Shown here: one piece after another, positions 61,120 through 64,000 of the stretch
How positions within the stretch are numbered: the stretch's first letter is position 1
Layout: each line of letters starts with the position of its first letter
Assembly: GCA_054772095.1 (NCBI GenBank)
Contig: BAAGAE010000031.1
Span: 1,302,979-1,366,978, forward strand
Length of the DNA stretch: 64,000 bases
Reading direction: 5' to 3'
DNA from: Chamberlinius hualienensis
Taxonomy: Eukaryota
The notes under the pieces: generated by a model
The model's database searches: none
What the model was told of the DNA's origin: nothing
What the model saw: only the letters and a program-made list of their open reading frames with translations
Position numbers and translations under genes: made by a program

Positions 61120-64000
61120 AACGGTTTATACCGAAAACTGTTTTTATTGTTGGCTTTGATGGGTGCTATCGTTTTGCCATTCACGATAATAGGCCCCGTG
61201 TCAAAATTAATAGTTGGAGCAACTGGAGCTATTTGAGGCAGTTGCGATGATGGCCCATTACCTGTTTAGGATATTTTATATTTAATAATTTGTTATAAGT
61301 CTTTTATTTCAATAAAATTTGAATTACATTTAATGGCATCTGGAACTGTTGGAGCTGTTGGAATTGGTACTGGATGAGCTATTCTTAATCCTCTGCTCAT
61401 CGGATCATGCGTTGGAGTTCTGAAACCTATTTTTTGAAAATTGATATGATGAACATAATTATTTTAGTAATGGGCAATATACGACGGACCCGATTGATAG
61501 GGCTTTGGACGGGCGAATCGTTGTGGCGTTTGTCCATTTGGTTTGAACGGTAATTCACAGTGATCAGTCTATGAGAAATTATAGTCTTTAATTTAATTTA
61601 ATGAAATATGCTTCAATTTTACCTCTGTTGGTGACGTTGCTGGGTTTGTGAACATGGACATCTCTTGGTTGGTGATGGGCGAATTAGCGTAGGAAGGTAG
61701 CGCTTTTTTATCTTTGATTGTCACGTCAGTATTTGAAAGAAATTATATGCAATTAAAGTTGTGGCATTTTTAAGTGATCATCGTATTCAAAAGGGAAAAA
61801 AAACTGGAAACACTTTTGGTATATAAAAAATTAACTTTACAATGGATTCATTTTTATTGCAAAACTCAAGAAAATATTTATGTGAAAAACTTTGATCTAT
61901 TTGAATTCTATTGGAAAAAAAAAGTGTATTTAGAGGGAAAAACCTGTATGAACTCTTAATCTAAATGTGAACGATCTTAATATTTTTAATGAAATTTCTT
62001 TTTTTTTCCTTTCTTGAATACTATTTTTATATCTACCACGTTTTCTTCTTTGTAATCTTTTCTTCCGTTTAACACACAAGCAAGTGACAATTAATACACA
62101 AACTAATGCAATGACGGCACTTGAAGCTGCAATTATTAGCCATTGGTCCCAGTCAGATAAAAGTCCAGTCGATTCAACGAAACCCTGGTCAGCCACCGTT
62201 TCCGGCGGTATTGTACCTGCAATTTGTAAATTGTTTTTGGATGTCTAAGCTTATATGGTATGATTGATTTACCCCCACTGCTGGTTAATGTAGCAAAGTC
62301 ATATTTGGCTTCTGATTTGCCAGCACTATTTTCGGCTGTCATTCGAAGATTATACCATGTTGCCATGGTCAGACCAGACATTGTGAAATATTTATCTTCC
62401 AATTTGACGTTGTCGGAAAACAACTGCCATTGTTTGTTGGATTTAAGTTTGTACTCTATCGTGAATCTATGAATAGGACATCCATTACTAATCCATGACA
62501 TCAAATTCAGATCGGCTTTGTTTGAGTTTTCTTCAATCAACTTGAGCTTCTCTGGAGCAGTTGGAGCTAAAATAGATATTACGGGTTAATCATGGAAACA
62601 TTGTTAACAATAGACGGAAATTTACCAGCGCCATCTGTGGAGGTTTCAATAGCTTTTGAATAAGGCCCTTTGCCTAATCGATTTGTGGCAGCCATCGATA
62701 TTAGATATTTAGTACCGCATTTAAGATTTTCCATTTTATATATAACGGCATCTTTGCTTATATTAACATGCTTAACTGGATCATTATCAGCTTTGTACTG
62801 CAAATGATATTCTGAAGAAGGAAATAAATATACACTTCTAATGAATATTTTAATCGGTTAGATTTGGTAAATTAAACCGACCATCAACTTGAAGGCCTCC
62901 ATTTCTTCCTTGTTTCCATTTAATTTCTATTGATAACAGGCCGGTGTTAATCACAGAGACTTCAGGTGGCTGTGGAGGTTCTTGAAAGTAGATATAAAAT
63001 TTATTACGACACTGTAGTTGATTTAGCGTTTTGATTAAAAAAATCAAGTTTTTTTTTTTGGTTTACCTAGAATGTGAACGTCGTATTCAATTTTGTCTGG
63101 ACCATTTTCGTTCTTAGCTTGGCAAATGTATATTCCGGCATCCTCTCCACGGACATTGACCAACGTCAGGGAACCATTTTGATGGATAATGTTATGCTCC
63201 GAGTTTTTAATATGCCTGCCTTTGCTATATATTGACGGAAATTACGATTCGCTAGTTCATGTGTTTAGAAAAGGTATTACGGTAGTACCTATTAAGCCAT
63301 CGTAAATCTGGGCTTGGAATTCCAACTGCTTTACAGTGTAATGTCACATTTTCTTTCCAAGTTGCAATTCGTTTCTCACCAAATGATACAATCTTTACCG
63401 GAACTGTTTTTTTGTGAAAAAAATATCGGCATATACGGTATGTACGCGAAATTTATTGTTAGCAACATGCAATTTACTTGTATGCCCAGATGGACTATGG
63501 GTGATGGACTTTGTTGGTTTACCCTCTCCGACCGACGTGGAACTGCTGACCCAAAACTCGTAACGGTGACTTTTTCGAAGTCCCGAAATCTCTTTTTGGG
63601 TCTCATTTGATGATACGGTAAATTTCAGAACCTCCTAAAAGCGACCAAGGATTTTAATTTTAAAAATCAATGGATTTAATGTGGCCGTTGTACCTTCATG
63701 GGACTATCTAGTTTTCTCATGTATACGTCATACTGTTTAAGAATACCGTTAGCTTGAATGGGCTTCTTCCAGGCAACAATGACTGAGCTATCATGAGAAG
63801 TTGCTACTTTAAGTTCTTCTGGTGCATCAGGAACTAAATATAATCGAGATTTTAAATAATTTGTACCTTTGATAAAAGTATGATATATTTACTGTCGTCT
63901 AATGTTCTGCAGTAGACTGGCTCACTGGCTACTCCGTCTCCAGCTTTTGTAAATGCCAGCACTTGTAAACTGTAGTTGGCAAATTTCCTAAGAGCGTCAA
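61120..64000 (-). CDS. DSCAM-like: Dscam-like Ig-superfamily cell-adhesion receptor, 3' part (FN3 - FN3 - Ig - FN3 - FN3 - TM - cytoplasmic tail); gene continues beyond window end
   Basis: Minus-strand exons, from the window end downwards. An FN3 ending [16 protein letters not shown] lies at about 63900-63960. An FN3 at about 63640-63830 begins [38 protein letters not shown] and ends [20 protein letters not shown]. An Ig domain split over 63290-63395 and 63068-63225 reads [35 protein letters not shown] ... [24 protein letters not shown]. An FN3 spans 62881-62984 plus 62618-62818 ([24 protein letters not shown]... / [52 protein letters not shown]). A second FN3 at 62247-62566 reads [27 protein letters not shown]...[15 protein letters not shown]. 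The TM exon at about 62035-62196 reads [34 protein letters not shown]. Pro-rich cytoplasmic exons follow at about 61120-61560. An Ig domain inserted between FN3 repeats before two FN3s plus a TM is the Dscam arrangement. The family call is by architecture only. Confidence 0.6.

Overview
This window is eukaryotic, not prokaryotic: it is AT-rich (about 30% GC by eye) with multi-exon genes, GT-AG introns of roughly 57 nt up to more than 15 kb, and long poly-T/poly-A tracts. Most likely it is an invertebrate metazoan genome. I could not assign exon 1 and exon 4+ of the Galpha-o gene and left them as open checks. Layout by coordinate: (1) Positions 1-23.6 kb are the 5' part of a Galpha-o (Go alpha) gene on the minus strand. 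It is split by giant introns, and I located coding exon 1 (23504-23621), the conserved 43-nt microexon 2 (17300-17342) and the 142-nt exon 3 (8231-8372). The remaining exons are presumably beyond position 1. Two inverted copies of a hAT-like MITE lie in its intron. (2) A divergent promoter region at 23.6-26.2 kb. (3) A small ISY1-like coiled-coil gene (+, 26217-27162). (4) Vault poly(ADP-ribose) polymerase PARP4 (-, 28019-35983) with BRCT, PARP catalytic, VIT and vWA domains and a tandem proline-rich tail. (5) GCN5/PCAF-type histone acetyltransferase KAT2 (+, 37108-42216), head-to-head with PARP4. (6) A WBP1/VOPP1-family cysteine-rich, single-pass PPxY protein (+, 43933-47899). (7) A candidate unannotated membrane-protein gene (-, about 48.9-50.6 kb). 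(8) DEAD-box helicase DDX42 (+, 51207-54925). (9) TIMM29 (-, 55133-56279), convergent with DDX42. (10) The 3' part of a Dscam-like Ig/FN3 adhesion receptor (-, 61.1 kb to the window end). No prokaryotic-style defence or mobile 'system' is present. The noteworthy items are hidden microexons, a strong over-representation of the palindromic CRE octamer TGACGTCA, an inverted MITE pair, a composite foldback repeat, and two loci whose family assignment is uncertain.
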